From Hemiscyllium ocellatum (Eukaryota): 64,000 nucleotides of DNA. The notes beneath the pieces were generated by a model, which did no database searches, was not told the DNA's origin, and saw nothing but the letters and a program-made list of their open reading frames with translations. Below, piece after piece: positions 60,820 through 64,000 of the stretch; position 1 is the stretch's first letter; the number at the start of each line of letters is the position of its first letter. Position numbers and translations under genes: made by a program. The stretch spans positions 57,876,484-57,940,483 of the forward strand of contig NC_083408.1 in NCBI RefSeq assembly GCF_020745735.1, given 5' to 3'.

Positions 60820-63800
60820 AAAGGAAGTACATGGTGAGGTCAGTGCAGGAGATCGCTGGACATTGGAGTGCGTCTGAGAAAATTAAAAAACAGTAAATTC
60901 ACAACTGATCTTGGAGGAATCTGTTGGGAGAGATCACAGTACAGAAATAGACAAGTGTTTTTTTAAAAATAAGTCTGCAGTAGTGAGTAGAGTGGGTTCT
61001 TTCTTGATTATATGTTCTATTAAGCTATGTCTCTTGATGAAACTGAAAATATAAGCCATAAGTATTAATTTAACCTGCAGCAGTGAATTGTAAAGGAATG
61101 AGACAGTGCTATTTTCTGGGTTTGGAGATTGAAAAAAGCAAAAATAACCCTTAGTAGAGTGATATGCTTTTTGTCAGATGTGGGAGTTTAGGGTGAGCTT
61201 ATGGGTTGTGAATCCATAAATGCCATTGGTTGTGAATCCTATCGGATTGAATGGATCGCTTGGAGAGGCAGTTAGAGGCAATCAGGCATCTACAAGAGCA
61301 AGGGGATATGATGGATGGCAGTTATAGGAAGGGGGAGAATGTCTCAGATACAGTCACATAGATGGGTTAACTCCACGAAAGGTAAGACAGCTAGTGCAGG
61401 AGTCTTCTGTGGCTATCCCCATTTCAAACAAGTATGCTGTTTTGGAAATTGGAGAGGGTGATGGATTATCAGATGAACATAGCACGAATATCCAAGTTTT
61501 TGCTATTGAGAGTGTCTCTAATGTAATGAGAGGTACATTGGGTTCGAAGCAATTGATTGTGTTAGGGGACTTTCTAGTCCGAGGTACAGACAGACATTAC
61601 TGTGGCCAGCAGCAAAAAATCAGAATGGTGTGCTGCTTCCCTGGTGTCAGGATCAAGGATATCTCGGAGAGAGTGCAAAATGTTCTCAAAGGAGAGAGGG
61701 GCCAGCAGGAGGTCATTGTGTAAATTACAACCAACAACATAGGAAGGGAAAAAGTTGAGCTTCTGAAGGAGGATTACAGAGAGTTAGGCAGGAATTTTAA
61801 AAGGAGGTCCTCGAGACTAGTAATATCTGGATTATTCCCAGTGCTACAAGCTAGTGAGGGCAGGAATAGGAGGATAGAGCAGATGAATGCATGGCTGAGG
61901 AGCTGGTGTATGGGAGAAGGATTCACATTTTTGGATCATTGCAAGTTGTTTTGGGATAGAAGTGACCTGTGCAAGAAGGACGGATTGCACCTAAATTGGA
62001 AGGGGACTAATATACTGGCAGGGAGATTTGTTAGAGCTGCTTGGGAGGATTTAAAATAGTAATTGGTGGTTGGGACCCAGGGAGAGAGTGAGGAAAGATT
62101 TCAATCTGACACTGGTACAGTTGAGAAAAGAAGTGAGTCAAACAGTCAGGGCAGGCAGGGACAAAGCAGAGAACAAGGTAAGACTGATAAATTAAACTGC
62201 ATTTATTTCAATGCAAGAGGCCTATAAGGGAAGACAAATGAACTCAGGGCACGGTTAGGAACATGGGACTGGGATATCATAGCAATTACAGAAACATGGC
62301 TCAGGGATGGACAGGACTGGCAGCTGAATGCTCCAGGATACAAATGCAACAGGAAGGATAGAAAAGGAGGCAAGAGAGGAGATGGGGTGGTGTTTTTGAT
62401 AAGGGATAGCATTAAAGCTGTACTGTGGGAGGATATTCCTGGAAATACATCCAGGAAAGTTATTTGGATGGAACTGAGAAATAATACAGGGATGATCACC
62501 TTATTGGGATTGTATTATAGACCCGTTAGTAGTCGGAGGGAAATTGAGAAACAAATTTGGAAGGAGAGCTCAGATATCTGTAAGAATAATAGGCTGGTTT
62601 GGCAGGCGATTTTAAGTTTCCAAACATAGACTGGGACTGACATAGTGTTAAGGGTTTAGATGGAGAGGAATTTGTTAAGCGTGTACAAGAACATTTTCTG
62701 ATTCAATATGTGGATGTATCTACTAGAGAAGGTGCAAAACGTGACCTACTCTTGGGAAATAAGGCAGAGCAGGTGACTGTTGAAGTTCTAAATTGGAGAA
62801 AGGCCAATTTTGACGGTATTAGGCAAGAACTTAACAAAAGCTGATTGGGGGCAGATGTTCGCAGGTAAAGGGACGGCTGGAAAATGGGAAGCCTTCAGAA
62901 ATGAGATAATGAGAATCCAGAAAAAGTATATTCCTGTCAGGGTGAAAAGAAATGCTGGTAGGGATAGGGAATGCTGGATAACTAAAGAAATTGAGGGTTT
63001 GGTTAAGAAAAAGAAGGAAGCATATGTAAGGTATAGACAGGATAAATCGAGAAAATCCTTAGAAGAGTATAAAGGAAGTAGGAGTATACTTAAGAGGGAA
63101 ATCAGGAGGACAAAAAGGGGACATGAGATAGCTTTGGCAAATAGAATTAAGGAGAATCCAAAGAGATTTTACAAATATATTAAGGACAAAAGGATAACTA
63201 GGGAAAGAATAGGGCCCCTCAACAATCAGCAAGGCGGCCTTTGTGTGGAGCCGCAGAAAATGAGGGAGATACTAAATGAGTATTTTGCATCAGAATATGG
63301 AAGATATAGACTGTAGGGAAATATATGATGACATCTTGCAAAATGTCCATATTACAGAGGAGGAAGTGCTGGATGTCTTGAAACAGGTAAAGGTGGATAA
63401 ATCCTCAGGACCTGATCATGTGTACCAGAGAACTCTGTGGGAAGCTAGGAAAGTGATTGCTAAGCCTCTTGGGATATTTATATCATCTACAGTCACTGGT
63501 GAGGTGCCAGAAGACTGTAGGTTGGCTAATGTTTTGCCACTGTTTAAGAAAGGTGGTAAGGACAAGCCAGGGAACTATAGACTACTGAGCCTGACCTCGG
63601 TGGTGGGCAAGTTGTTGGAGGGAATCCTGAGGAACAGGATGTACATGTTTTTGGAAAGGCAAAGACTGATTTGAGATAGTCAACATGGTTTTATGCTTGG
63701 GAAATCGTGTCTCACAAACTTGATTGAGTTTTTTGAAGAAGTAACAAAAGAATTGATAGGGCAGAATGGTGGACGTGATCTTCAGAAAGGCATTCGAAAA

Positions 63801-63952
63801 GTACCCCATGGGAGACTGCTTTGCAAGGTTAGATCTCATGGAATACAGGGAGAACTAGTCATTTGGATACAGAACTGGCTCAAAAGTAGAAGACAGAGGG
63901 TGGTGGTGGAGGGTTGTTTTTCAGACTGGAGGCCTGTGACCAGTGGAGTGCC
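60820..63952 (+). mobile_element. CR1 LINE: 5' UTR, ORF1 (SGNH esterase) and ORF2 (APE + RT N-half), 3'-truncated
   Basis: VLGDFLVRG and DGLHLN esterase blocks; WDIIAITETW; NPKRFYKYIK; PLFKKG..PGNYRL.SLTSV; homology stops abruptly at ~63952. Confidence 0.92.
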
Positions 63953-64000
63953 ATATGACAGATGCGAATTAACCTTCAAACAGCCACTCCCAATCTATAA

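Noticed and set aside
62810-63674. 168-aa and 132-aa ORFs as an active CR1
   Set aside because: Frameshifts, stops and 3' truncation show a dead copy
1-64000. CRISPR arrays, operons or prokaryotic defence systems
   Set aside because: Sequence is vertebrate repeat-rich DNA; no regularly spaced repeat-spacer array or gene-dense segment was seen

Overview
Eukaryotic, AT-rich and repeat-dense genomic DNA, almost certainly from a shark. The evidence is HE1-type V-SINEs, shark CR1 LINEs and a DeuSINE; a carpet/bamboo shark is my inference. I find no confidently identifiable host protein-coding gene, so the window looks like a large intron or gene desert. Most ORFs are decayed retroelement fragments: CR1 (SGNH-esterase ORF1, APE, RT), Tx1-like LINEs, four Gypsy remnants (one with the unusual Gmr1-type PR-IN-RT-RH order) and Penelope-like elements (PLEs; RT + GIY-YIG). 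There is also a Tigger/pogo-type MITE. The most interesting signal is a set of very short PLE-terminal-repeat insertions flanked by 10-16 bp target-site duplications (TSDs). They carry a minimal hammerhead ribozyme motif (CUGAnGA-A-GGGC/GCCC-GAAA-CG-UC), and several are palindromes whose fold-back apex sits at the ribozyme. Also present are local templated duplications/inversions and several TE-free islands that resemble conserved non-coding elements. All assignments are by eye and from recalled family motifs, and boundaries are approximate unless a TSD or terminal inverted repeat (TIR) is quoted.
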